A stretch of 35,352 bases of DNA from an uncultured Patescibacteria group bacterium (GTDB lineage Bacteria; Patescibacteriota; Minisyncoccia; Phycocordibacterales; UBA918): positions 419,033 through 454,384 of the forward strand of contig CAKUWT010000001.1 in the NCBI GenBank assembly GCA_934699595.1. Reading direction: 5' to 3'. How positions within the stretch are numbered: position 1 is the stretch's first letter; the number at the start of each line of letters is the position of its first letter. Shown one piece after another: positions 24,131-32,768 of this stretch. Both the position numbers and the translations under genes were made by a program. Below the pieces are notes generated by a model. That model did not search any database and was not told where the DNA came from. It was given only the letters and a program-made list of their open reading frames with translations.

Positions 24131-27100
24131 TTATTTACCCAACAGACCAAGGAAACCTTGCAAAACAGCAATAAGTTCTGTAACTAAAGTACGATTAGCC
24201 TCAGTCACAATCACCTGGGGACGATTAGTGGTAGAAAGATTCTTCTTGAATAAATCAGGGAACTTAGCTTCTAAGCGAGCCGCCTCGTCTTGATTACCCT
24301 GACTCCTTAATAGTGAGACCCGTGATAAAACTGAGAGACTTCCAATAACTCGTTTTTTGGCTGCAGGAGTTGTCTCTGGTTCAGAATCTGGATCAGGCTG
24401 AGAAGACTGCGGAGTCACACTGCTGGAAGGCAAGGAGCTTGGCGACGCACCGACATCATTGATAGCTATAACGGTAAACGTGTAAGTAGTACCATTACTT
24501 AATCCGGTGACCGTAAGGGGTGAACCGGATCCTGTGACAGTGCGACCCTCAGGATTACTGGTAACAATATAGCTAGTAATGGGACTGCCACCGTCGTCTA
24601 ACGGCGGGTTAAAACTAATGGTAGCATTACCATCCCCGGGAGTAGCGATGACATCACTGGGCGCACCAGGAAATACTGGAACTGGAGTTGTTACAGTAAT
24701 CATTAACGACTGCGTGGCCGTACCCCCCAGTCCAGTACAGGAAATTTCGTAAGTGGTGGTTGTGGTCGGACTGACTACCTGGCTACCGCTGGAGTCAGTG
24801 GAGCTAGTCCAAGACGCGGCACAAGAAGTAGCATTAGTACTACTCCAGTTAAGAGTGGTGTTATCTCCAACAATAATAGGATTACTACTAGCCGAAAGGT
24901 TAATAGCTGGAACTGGGTCAGGAGCCGCATTTACTACCACCGTGGCACTTTGAGTATCAGTGCCACCTAAACCTATACAAGTTAATGTATAAGTATAATT
25001 ACCAGAAGTAAGCACTCCAGTACTCTGACTACCACTAACAGATTGGGACCCACTCCAAGATCCACTTGCTGTACACTCGGTAGCATTTACAGTACTCCAA
25101 TTAAGGGTGGTGGCACTACCACTCTCTATGACACTATCTTCAGTCGAAATGCTAATAGTGGGAGCTAGGTAACCAACACTAACCGTAGTGGTAGCTATAG
25201 CTGTCCCACCAGGGCCAGTACAGGAAATTCCGTAGGTAGTGGTGGCGGTAGGGCTCACTGCTTGACTACCGCTCGAGTTAGTGGAACTAGTCCACCCCTC
25301 ATCAGCAGCACAGACTGTAGCATTGGTACTACTCCAAGAAAGAGTAGCCGATTCTCCTAAGTTAATATCTGTCGGACTAGCGTTGAAACTGACGGTTGGA
25401 GTCGGATGGTTTACCGTTACAGTTACTGACTTACTAACTGGCCCGTAATCTCCAGTACAATTTAAAGTATAGGTAGAAGTAGTAATCGGTGCCAGACCTT
25501 CGTTACCACTAGTTTCTTTTGCGCCAGCCCAGTCTCCAGACGCGACACATCCATCTACCAGGTCCGCACTCCAAGTGAGAGTCACCGTGTCTCCGGCAGT
25601 AATTTCGGGAGAGGAGGAGATAAAATCAAGAGTTGGTGTCGGTACAGAAGCGTCAAAAAATTTGACACGGTTACCAGTCTCCTCGACTACCAATAAGTAA
25701 TTATTATCAGGATCGTAAGTCAAACCAGTAGGAGTATTTAATTTATCCTGAGCATCACCAGCCGTATTAGACACCCAGTCACTCTGACCGAGGACATAGC
25801 TGGCATTCATACCGTTCGTGATAGTACCTGAAAGGTCGAATGCCTTGACGCGGTGACTAAATTTTTCTGAGACGAATAGGCGTCTGTGTTCGGAGTCATA
25901 AGCCAGGCCGTTCGGACTGCTCAACTTGTCCTGAGCATGACCGGCTGCTGACCCTGACCAGTCCACTTGACCTAGGACATAGCTAGCGGGCATACCGTTC
26001 GTGATTCCACCTGAGAGATCGAAGACCTTAACACGGTTGCCACCCGCTTCAGCAACAAAAAGATAGTCGACAGCTGAATCAAAAACCAAACCTCGTGGAT
26101 TAAACAGTTCACTTTGAGTATTACCACTAGCTGATCCAGTCCAGTCTGACTGCCCCAGCACATAGCTCGCATTCATACCATTCGTGATACCGCTGGAGAG
26201 ATCGAAGACTTTGACGCGGTTGCCGCTATTCTCAGCCACAAATAACAACTCACTATTAGCATCAAACTCTAGACCCATTGGATACTTAAGCTTATCCTGA
26301 CTATCTCCAGAAGTTCCTGATGTCCAATCAACCTGCCCGAGCACATAGCTCGCATTCATACCGTTAGTAATGCCGCTGGAGAGGTCAAAGACTTTGACGC
26401 GATTGCCACTGGTTTCAGAAACAAAAAGATACTTATTGGCCGCATCGAAAGCCAATGCCTCCGGATAATATAAACCTGATTGGGTACTAGTAGCTAAGGC
26501 GCTATTAAAGTCAGGTTGTCCTAGAACATAATCTGGAAGGTAGTCTATCAATTTATTATTACTGTCTAGCTGATGAATAATAACCCGATGACTGCTTCTA
26601 TCAGTAATAAAGAGTCTGTGATTATCTAAGTCATAAGTAACTCCTGTAGGGCTTGAAAAACCTCTCATATTGGGTCCGTTGTAGGAACGATAGGAGCTGC
26701 CACTTTCACCTTTTGAATAGTCAATGATCAGGTTGTCAATATCAGAAAACTGCCCCATCAAATCAGATGCGGGCATATTGTTAATAATTCCTTCTGAGAG
26801 ATCGAAGATTTTGACACGGTGGGCGCCCTCAGCAACGAACAAGGTTGAAGAAACAGGGTCGAAAGCTACATCGGTTGGGCCATTTAGTCCGTTTTGTGTA
26901 TTACCGACAGCCAAACTTGTCCAATCTGTTTGTCCCAAAACGTAACTGGCATTCATACCGTTGGTGATGCCGCTGGAGAGGTCGAAGACTTTGACGCGGT
27001 TACCCGAACTCTCAGCAACAAATAGTCGGTTGTTATTATCTAGAGTTAATCCTGTTGGTTGATTTAGTTTGTCCTGAGCATTACCAGCGGCAAACCCCGT

Positions 27101-28036
27101 CCAGTCAGACTGTCCCAGCACATAGCTGGCATTCATACCGTTCGTGATAGTACCTGAAAGGTCGAAGATTTTGATGCGGTTAGACTCAGCCACAAATAAC
27201 CTTGAAGTGGCAGGATCAAATACCAAACCTCTGGGTTGAGTAAATCGATTTTGAGCATTAGCATTAGTACTACCCGTCCAGTCTGACTGTCCCAGCACAT
27301 AGCTCGCATTCATACCGTTCGTGATAGTACCTGAAAGATCGAAGATTTTGACACGGTGGGCGCCCTCACTGACAAACAGTCGTGAAGTGGCTTCGTCATA
27401 GGCGAGACTGTTTGGATTAGATAATTTATTTTGAGCATCACCAGCTGTATTAGACACCCAGTCACTCTGGCCTAACACGTAACTGGCATTCATACCGTTC
27501 GTGATTCCTCCTGAGAGATCAAAGACTTTGACTCGGTTAGCATTAACCCCCTCAACAACATAGAGGTATTTTTTTGCCTGATCATATTCGATATCAAGAG
27601 GAGATCTCAATCCAGACTGCGTATCGTTTGCAGCTATGGTAAAGAAGTCTGTCTGTCCAAGGACATAGTCTGCCTTATAATCCAGAAGTTGATTATTGTT
27701 GTCTAATTCGTGTATAAGAATGCGGTTGCTGTTAGTATCACAAATATATAAATAATGATTAATTGAGTCTAGATATGTGCAACCAATAGCCCAATAAGTA
27801 CTTTCATTTGCGCCTCCATTAAAACTTCTGCCAGTATACGAAGGAGTAGTATATCCCCCGTTTTCATACTGTCCAATCAGATCAATGGCTGGAGCACCAT
27901 TGCTAATTTCTGCTTCGGCTTGATTAAAGTTAATCCCAGAATAAATAACTGATAAAATTAATAATAGCAAACCAACTATCCCAAAAATGATTCGCTTTGG
28001 TGACCGGACTTTTCGAGTGACAAGGACAAGACTCAT
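24131..28036 (-). CDS. Giant secreted/surface protein: signal-anchor, two six-bladed NHL-like beta-propellers, four Ig-like repeats, one fibronectin type III domain, Pro/Asp/Ser linker and a helical C-terminal domain of about 75 aa
   Basis: 1301 aa. The N terminus is KVRSPKRIIFGIVGLLLLILSVIYSGI...AEA. There are 12 repeats of about 59-61 aa of the type NRVKVFDLSGGITNGMNASYVLGQSDW...L..P.GL.-D....LFVAE, and 4 repeats of about 80 aa of the type T.G...TL.WSS.NAT.C.AS..WS.S...SGSQ...P...TTY.L.C.G.GG. The Fn3 domain reads PGAPSDVIATPGDGNATISFNPPLDDGGSPITSYIV...GLSNGTTYTFTVIAINDVG. Confidence 0.9.
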   Translation of the reverse strand: MSLVLVTRKVRSPKRIIFGIVGLLLLILSVIYSGINFNQAEAEISNGAPAIDLIGQYENGGYTTPSYTGRSFNGGANESTYWAIGCTYLDSINHYLYICDTNSNRILIHELDNNNQLLDYKADYVLGQTDFFTIAANDTQSGLRSPLDIEYDQAKKYLYVVEGVNANRVKVFDLSGGITNGMNASYVLGQSDWVSNTAGDAQNKLSNPNSLAYDEATSRLFVSEGAHRVKIFDLSGTITNGMNASYVLGQSDWTGSTNANAQNRFTQPRGLVFDPATSRLFVAESNRIKIFDLSGTITNGMNASYVLGQSDWTGFAAGNAQDKLNQPTGLTLDNNNRLFVAESSGNRVKVFDLSSGITNGMNASYVLGQTDWTSLAVGNTQNGLNGPTDVAFDPVSSTLFVAEGAHRVKIFDLSEGIINNMPASDLMGQFSDIDNLIIDYSKGESGSSYRSYNGPNMRGFSSPTGVTYDLDNHRLFITDRSSHRVIIHQLDSNNKLIDYLPDYVLGQPDFNSALATSTQSGLYYPEALAFDAANKYLFVSETSGNRVKVFDLSSGITNGMNASYVLGQVDWTSGTSGDSQDKLKYPMGLEFDANSELLFVAENSGNRVKVFDLSSGITNGMNASYVLGQSDWTGSASGNTQSELFNPRGLVFDSAVDYLFVAEAGGNRVKVFDLSGGITNGMPASYVLGQVDWSGSAAGHAQDKLSSPNGLAYDSEHRRLFVSEKFSHRVKAFDLSGTITNGMNASYVLGQSDWVSNTAGDAQDKLNTPTGLTYDPDNNYLLVVEETGNRVKFFDASVPTPTLDFISSSPEITAGDTVTLTWSADLVDGCVASGDWAGAKETSGNEGLAPITTSTYTLNCTGDYGPVSKSVTVTVNHPTPTVSFNASPTDINLGESATLSWSSTNATVCAADEGWTSSTNSSGSQAVSPTATTTYGISCTGPGGTAIATTTVSVGYLAPTISISTEDSVIESGSATTLNWSTVNATECTASGSWSGSQSVSGSQSTGVLTSGNYTYTLTCIGLGGTDTQSATVVVNAAPDPVPAINLSASSNPIIVGDNTTLNWSSTNATSCAASWTSSTDSSGSQVVSPTTTTTYEISCTGLGGTATQSLMITVTTPVPVFPGAPSDVIATPGDGNATISFNPPLDDGGSPITSYIVTSNPEGRTVTGSGSPLTVTGLSNGTTYTFTVIAINDVGASPSSLPSSSVTPQSSQPDPDSEPETTPAAKKRVIGSLSVLSRVSLLRSQGNQDEAARLEAKFPDLFKKNLSTTNRPQVIVTEANRTLVTELIAVLQGFLGLLGK
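24676..25645 (-). repeat. Four tandem Ig-like coding repeats of about 240 nt
   Basis: Recurring ...TL[ST]WS[SA]...C.A......SGS[QE]...TTY.[LI].C.G.GG...TV.V units seen in the translation. Confidence 0.7.
25650..27800 (-). repeat. Twelve tandem NHL-like coding repeats, period about 177-183 nt, with near-identical 40-70 nt DNA cores
   Basis: The core gcattcataccgttcgtgatagtacctgaaaggtcgaa recurs at 25803, 27129 and (with 1 mismatch) 27308. Related cores occur at about 25985, 26168, 26351, 26947 and 27487. Confidence 0.85.
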
Positions 28037-28094
28037 ATCTTCTTATGCTACATCAAAAAAGGTCAAAATTTATTCAAAAAATGTGGACAGGAGG

Positions 28095-28136
28095 AAAAAC
28101 AAGAGTTAACCGCAGGGCGCCGTCGGCGCCCTGCTG
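28095..28136 (-). terminator. Intrinsic terminator after ndk
   Basis: gcagggcgcc gtc ggcgccctgc hairpin. On the minus strand ...cttgtttttcc follows. Confidence 0.6.
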
Positions 28137-28165
28137 TTAATTCTTTTCCACAAAGAAAGTTTTAA

Positions 28166-28771
28166 CTAGTCCGGAGTACCATCAAGGTTGATGTCGTACA
28201 TAATCCGCTCTTGAGCTGTCACGTACTCGTTGAGCTCTTCGGGTTTAAACCATAGTGCCATCTCCCGATCAGCTTCTTCAACGGATTCTGAACAATGGAT
28301 TAAGTTGCGGACAGCGCGATTCTCGTAGGAAGAATGAGCATAAGAATCAAGGGTAAAATCTCCTCGAATAGTACCAACGTCTGAGGTGGTAGGCTCAGTT
28401 GTGCCGACTAATTTAGTTACCACAGCGACAGCTTGATTCCCTTCCCAAACCATTGCCACCACTGGTGCCACTGTCATATAGTTCACAATAGTACGAATAA
28501 TATCTTTTCCATATTCAATTGGCTCACGATCAATGGGGCGGCCTTGGGACTTCAAATCCTCAACAATCCTAGTCCCCTTACTAAGGAACCATTCATCATC
28601 TTTATTATAGTGTTTGAGTAATGTCTCCTGATCAGGAACCACCATCTTCATACCAACACACTTTAGACCAACACGTTCAAATCGACTAATCACTTCTCCA
28701 ATGAGAGATCGTTGGACAGTGTCGGGCTTCAGCAACACAAGGGTCTGTTCTTGGTTTGGATGTTTAATCAT
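28166..28771 (-). CDS. ndk: Nucleoside diphosphate kinase (with an internal insertion of about 35-40 aa and a C-terminal extension)
   Basis: TLVLLKPDTVQRSLIGEVISRFERVGLK, GTIRGDF, and the catalytic His in NLIHCSES. ATG 28771 (MIKHPNQEQ) is preferred over the upstream alternative start at 28924, which would overlap a terminator hairpin. Confidence 0.85.
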   Translation of the reverse strand: MIKHPNQEQTLVLLKPDTVQRSLIGEVISRFERVGLKCVGMKMVVPDQETLLKHYNKDDEWFLSKGTRIVEDLKSQGRPIDREPIEYGKDIIRTIVNYMTVAPVVAMVWEGNQAVAVVTKLVGTTEPTTSDVGTIRGDFTLDSYAHSSYENRAVRNLIHCSESVEEADREMALWFKPEELNEYVTAQERIMYDINLDGTPD

Positions 28772-28834
28772 AAAATAATGTCTATTTATTAACTTAATAA
28801 TCTGAGTTGCTGGCAGTATAGCCCAGTTTGTCTT

Positions 28835-28878
28835 AAAAAAAAAGCCCGCAAGCCACCTCACCATGAGGGACTGCGGGC
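28835..28878 (-). terminator. Intrinsic terminator in the map-ndk spacer
   Basis: On the minus strand: GCCCGCA GTCCCTCATGGTGAGGTGGCT TGCGGGC followed by TTTTTTTTT. Confidence 0.6.
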
Positions 28879-28952
28879 AGTTGCGGTCGAGGGACAGTGG
28901 TACGTCCAGCTGGTGACCAACCAACCAGACGCGTATATACTACCAAAAAATC

Positions 28953-29723
28953 TTACTTTGTCAATATTTTTGCACCGTCTGGAGTAATTGCTACCGTGTG
29001 TTCAAAGTGCGCCGAGATAGAGCCATCTTCAGTATAAACAGAGTAGCCGTCACCCTCATCATCAAACCATACTTCTTTTCCTCCCAAGTTAACAATTGGC
29101 TCAATGGCGTAGACATGCCCCACTTCAATCTTTGGCCCCGTCCCTGGTCGACCGAAATTTGGTACCAGTGGCTCCTCGTGAACCCTGTAACCGACCCCAT
29201 GACCGCTTAGCACCTCCACCACTGACAGCCCTCGACTTTTTACAAAAGTCTCGATAGCATGGCCAATGTCACCAATGTGATTGCCTGGCTTAGCCGCTTT
29301 AATCCCAAGAGCGAGCGCCTCCTGCGTCACGGCTAGTAATTTTTTGGCATCGTCACTAATTTCTCCTACCCCCACCGTGATGCCGGAATCAACAATTAGC
29401 CCCTGGTAATCGATCGCGGAATCAAGGTTAACCACGTCTCCTTCTTGAAGAATCAAATCAGCGCTAGGAATACCGTGCTGCACACAATTATTTACCGAAA
29501 TACAAACCGCGGCCGGATACGGATATGGGGCAAAATCAGGATGATATCCAAGCAAAACTGGTTTTACCTCAGCCGCCTCCATTAGCTCCATAGCCATATC
29601 GTCAAGATCAAGAGTAGATACTCCAGGTTTAGCTGCGACTCCAAGTTGTTCGAGGATATTCGCCAGAATCTTACCTGCCTCAGCCAACACTTCGATGTCG
29701 GCCGTCGTTTTTTTGGTGATCAT
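28953..29723 (-). CDS. map: Type I methionine aminopeptidase
   Basis: 256 aa with metal ligands in context: VNLDSAIDYQGLIVDSG, HGVGYRVHE, IEPIV and FEHTVAIT. Confidence 0.95.
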   Translation of the reverse strand: MITKKTTADIEVLAEAGKILANILEQLGVAAKPGVSTLDLDDMAMELMEAAEVKPVLLGYHPDFAPYPYPAAVCISVNNCVQHGIPSADLILQEGDVVNLDSAIDYQGLIVDSGITVGVGEISDDAKKLLAVTQEALALGIKAAKPGNHIGDIGHAIETFVKSRGLSVVEVLSGHGVGYRVHEEPLVPNFGRPGTGPKIEVGHVYAIEPIVNLGGKEVWFDDEGDGYSVYTEDGSISAHFEHTVAITPDGAKILTK

Positions 29724-29724
29724 T

Positions 29725-30321
29725 TTATAGGTTTAAAGCTCTAATAATAATATGCTGTACCTCATTAACATTCAGAGACCCATCAATATCAATCACCCGC
29801 GTGGCTGGCCGAGTTCGATAAAAATCTAGAACAGGCAGAGTTTGCTCCCGGTACCAAGCGAGACGCTTCTCAATACCCGCAGCAGTATCATCCGCCCGGC
29901 CACGACCAGCCATCCGTTTCAAAATAATCTTTTCTGGTGTATCTAAGTTTATCACCACCAACTCCCTTCTCCGATAGAACTGCCATACCCCCTCCATTAA
30001 TTCCGCCTCGGCTAAATGTCGTGGGGAACCTTCAATTAGGAAATGCTTCTTGTCGTCTCCCTGTTTTCGCAATAATTCTGTCCAGAGGCTGGCGGCCAGA
30101 AACAAGGGCTGCAACTCTCCATTGACAATATCCTCCTGTACTTTTTTGGTACTATAGGTCTTTTCACCAGCAAAAAATTCCCGAAATAAATTACCAGTTT
30201 GAATTTCTAAAATGCCTGCCGAGTTCTCAGTAGCTTCCAAAACTGATCGTAAGAGGCCTATTTGGGTCCCTTTGCCACTGCCTTGGGGTCCGATAAAAAT
30301 AACCGTTAATGGGTTTGTCAT
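29725..30321 (-). CDS. adk: Adenylate kinase (short-lid type)
   Basis: P-loop IGPQGSGKGTQ and lid/arginine segment MAGRGRADDTAAGIEKRLAWY. 198 aa. Confidence 0.85.
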   Translation of the reverse strand: MTNPLTVIFIGPQGSGKGTQIGLLRSVLEATENSAGILEIQTGNLFREFFAGEKTYSTKKVQEDIVNGELQPLFLAASLWTELLRKQGDDKKHFLIEGSPRHLAEAELMEGVWQFYRRRELVVINLDTPEKIILKRMAGRGRADDTAAGIEKRLAWYREQTLPVLDFYRTRPATRVIDIDGSLNVNEVQHIIIRALNL

Positions 30322-30333
30322 AATGCGAATTGA

Positions 30334-30909
30334 TTAATTGTTAGTACTTAAATGAGAATTAATTTCGGCTTGTACCATCTCGGGGGTGAGCGATCCATCA
30401 ATATTCACCAACTTACCGGTACTGGCAAAAATATTAATCGACTCTGCTGTAAATTGATGATACTCGGCTAAGCGCTTTTCAATAATCTCTGGAACATCCA
30501 CCTGATCTCGAGCACGCGCCTGACTCCGTACACGCACTAAATCATCACTGATATCAAGGTTAAAAATGATGTATGGTCGCTGTAGCCACTCATGAATTTC
30601 GATAAACAATTTAGCCTCATCAGGTTTCTTAGCAACGGCCTCAAAAATAATCCGTTCCTGACTGTATTTATTGACCAAAGCGTCGGTCATCCAGTACGAA
30701 GCAATCCACTCCGGGATTAGCAAACCCCCTTCGTAGCAAGTCTTAACATTCTGACCAAATGGAGTAGGCTCTTTTATGGCGGAGCGAACATTATCACCAT
30801 TAGAATACATCACTCCCCCGTAATCCTTAATAATCCTTTCTGCTTGAGTACCTTTACCGGAGGCAATTTTGCCCATCAGGACAATACTTTGGTAGGGAGT
30901 TTTTGACAT
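30334..30909 (-). CDS. Adenylate kinase-like NMP kinase paralog
   Basis: P-loop MGKIASGKGTQAERI, LIPEWIA and RARDQVDVPEIIEKRLAEY. It is divergent from the neighbouring adk, and its substrate cannot be assigned from sequence. Confidence 0.65.
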   Translation of the reverse strand: MSKTPYQSIVLMGKIASGKGTQAERIIKDYGGVMYSNGDNVRSAIKEPTPFGQNVKTCYEGGLLIPEWIASYWMTDALVNKYSQERIIFEAVAKKPDEAKLFIEIHEWLQRPYIIFNLDISDDLVRVRSQARARDQVDVPEIIEKRLAEYHQFTAESINIFASTGKLVNIDGSLTPEMVQAEINSHLSTNN

Positions 30910-30955
30910 GACTACTAGAGATTATCAAGTTTCTTACAGCTTAGCAACTTTGGAA

Positions 30956-30997
30956 GTTAAACAAAAGCGGTCTCGTACGAGACCGCTTTTGTTTAAC
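30956..30997. terminator. Strong bidirectional terminator between secY and the kinase genes
   Basis: gttaaacaaaagcggtctc gtac gagaccgcttttgtttaac. 19-bp perfect palindrome. Confidence 0.75.
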
Positions 30998-31019
30998 TCC
31001 GCCACTCTCCTGAGAAAGC

Positions 31020-32291
31020 TTAGAATTGTCTCATCGAAATCTGAGCGTCCAGACGACGGAGGATGTCCATAATTACCTGCACTACAATCAAGACGGCCGT
31101 TCCTCCAATAGCGAGAGCGGCAATGCCGGTAGCGGCCTGAAGACCGACCGGTAAGACCGCAATCGTGGCCAAGAAGAAGGCGCCAACCAGAGTGAGACGC
31201 GTCACTAGATTACCCAGGTACTCAGCCGTATGTGTTCCCGGACGAATGCCTGGGATATACGAACCACTACGCTGTAAGTTCTTGGAAATAATATCTGGGT
31301 CAAAAGTCACTCCGGTGTAGAAGTAAGTAAAGGCAAAGACTAAGAGGAAGTAAACACCGCCGTATAACCAATAATTATTGATGAAGGAGTCAACCGCCAC
31401 AGCCGCACTCGCTGCCCAAGACAAATCAAAGGCGGACAGGACATTTAGAATCATCTGCGGTGACAACATGATCGACAACGCGAAGATGATCGGAATCACC
31501 CCGGCTTGATTCAGCCGTAGTGGCAAGTAAGACTGGCTAGAACCATAAGTTTGCATACCACGGCTTTGTTTAGCCTGGGTAATAGGTACTGGTCGCTCTG
31601 CCTCATCCATCACTACTACCGAGTACACAATCGCCAATGCCAGAGCAGTAAAGCCTAGGTAGAAAGGCAGTTGCGATGGATCGTAAGCAAAGAGGAGCTG
31701 TGAAGCGGTAGTAGGCAGAGTAGCCACAATACCAGCAAAGATAATGATGGATACGCCGTTACCGATACCGTACTCAGTCACCAGTTCCCCGATCCACATC
31801 AAAAGAAATGAACCACCCGTGACCAACACCACATTCGTGGCAAACTCAAACGGTGACAAACCAGAGATTACTCCTTGGCTTTGTAACAGGGTCAAAAAAC
31901 CAAAAGCCTGTAAAACTGCCAACGGCAAGGTGAGGTAGCGGCTGTATTGTGTGAATTTTGCTCGACCGGCCTCTCCCTCTTCACTCTGCAAACTTTTCAC
32001 CTTAGGTGACATTACAGTAGCCAACTGCATAATAATAGCCGCCGTAATGTACGGCCCCACACCAAGCATCACCAGTGAAAGGTTGGCGAGTCCGCCACCA
32101 GAGAACATATTTAAGAGTCCTAGGAATTCATTGTTGCTAAAGAATTGCGCTAAGACCGCTTGATCAACCCCAGGAATCGGAATAGAAGCCAAGAATCGGA
32201 AAGCCACCAGCGCTCCCAACACAAAGAGCACCCGGTTACGAATCTCTGGTTCAGTGAAGACGACTTTTAATTTACGGAAGAATAATTGCAT
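31020..32291 (-). CDS. secY: Preprotein translocase subunit SecY
   Basis: 423 aa, 10-TM pattern, and a conserved N terminus ...RNRVLFVLGALVAFRFLASIPIPGV. Confidence 0.95.
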   Translation of the reverse strand: MQLFFRKLKVVFTEPEIRNRVLFVLGALVAFRFLASIPIPGVDQAVLAQFFSNNEFLGLLNMFSGGGLANLSLVMLGVGPYITAAIIMQLATVMSPKVKSLQSEEGEAGRAKFTQYSRYLTLPLAVLQAFGFLTLLQSQGVISGLSPFEFATNVVLVTGGSFLLMWIGELVTEYGIGNGVSIIIFAGIVATLPTTASQLLFAYDPSQLPFYLGFTALALAIVYSVVVMDEAERPVPITQAKQSRGMQTYGSSQSYLPLRLNQAGVIPIIFALSIMLSPQMILNVLSAFDLSWAASAAVAVDSFINNYWLYGGVYFLLVFAFTYFYTGVTFDPDIISKNLQRSGSYIPGIRPGTHTAEYLGNLVTRLTLVGAFFLATIAVLPVGLQAATGIAALAIGGTAVLIVVQVIMDILRRLDAQISMRQF

Positions 32292-32310
32292 ATTGGATGA
32301 TTAGTGATAT

Positions 32311-32763
32311 TTATAATACCACTTTACCACCAGCCTCCTCAATTTTGGCTTTGGCAGTAGCGGAAACGGTGCAGTTCTGAACAGTAATCTTTTTAGTCAA
32401 TTCACCCTGACCCAGAATCTTTACCAACGGGTTTTTCTTACCTTTAGCTTTGATGATGCCAGCAGCCACAATGGAAGCTGGGGAAACAGTTGCGCCAGCG
32501 GCAAAGTGCCTCTCAAGCATATTAAGATTGACCGGAACAGCAAGCTTACGCTCAGCATTCACCACATCAGCCCGATTGACACCATGCCCGCGTAGTTTAG
32601 GCAACTTCTTGATGATGTCGCGCATCTCTGGACGAGTGCTATTACCAGCACGGGCCAGTTGGCCTTTGTGTCCACGACCTGAAGTCTTTCCTCGCTTACC
32701 GCCTCGACCAATCCGCTTAGCGGTTTGTCGAGATGAGTGAGCGGCTAATTCATGTAATTGCAT
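32311..32763 (-). CDS. rplO: 50S ribosomal protein L15
   Basis: MQLHEL....R..AKRIGRGGKRGKTSGRGHKGQ.AR.G. Confidence 0.9.
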   Translation of the reverse strand: MQLHELAAHSSRQTAKRIGRGGKRGKTSGRGHKGQLARAGNSTRPEMRDIIKKLPKLRGHGVNRADVVNAERKLAVPVNLNMLERHFAAGATVSPASIVAAGIIKAKGKKNPLVKILGQGELTKKITVQNCTVSATAKAKIEEAGGKVVL

Positions 32764-32768
32764 AATAA

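Noticed and set aside
25650-27800. Regular repeats of about 180 nt that might be mistaken for a CRISPR or satellite array
   Set aside because: The repeats are in frame within one uninterrupted 1301-codon ORF and translate to NHL-like blades. The sequence between the cores is also homologous, so there are no unique spacers.
28772-28952. Possible SRP RNA, RNase P RNA or 6S RNA in the map-ndk spacer
   Set aside because: No GGAA-tetraloop/AGCA SRP helix-8 motif and no GAGGAAAGUCC RNase P motif is present. The structure is adequately explained as the map terminator plus the ndk promoter (TATACT).
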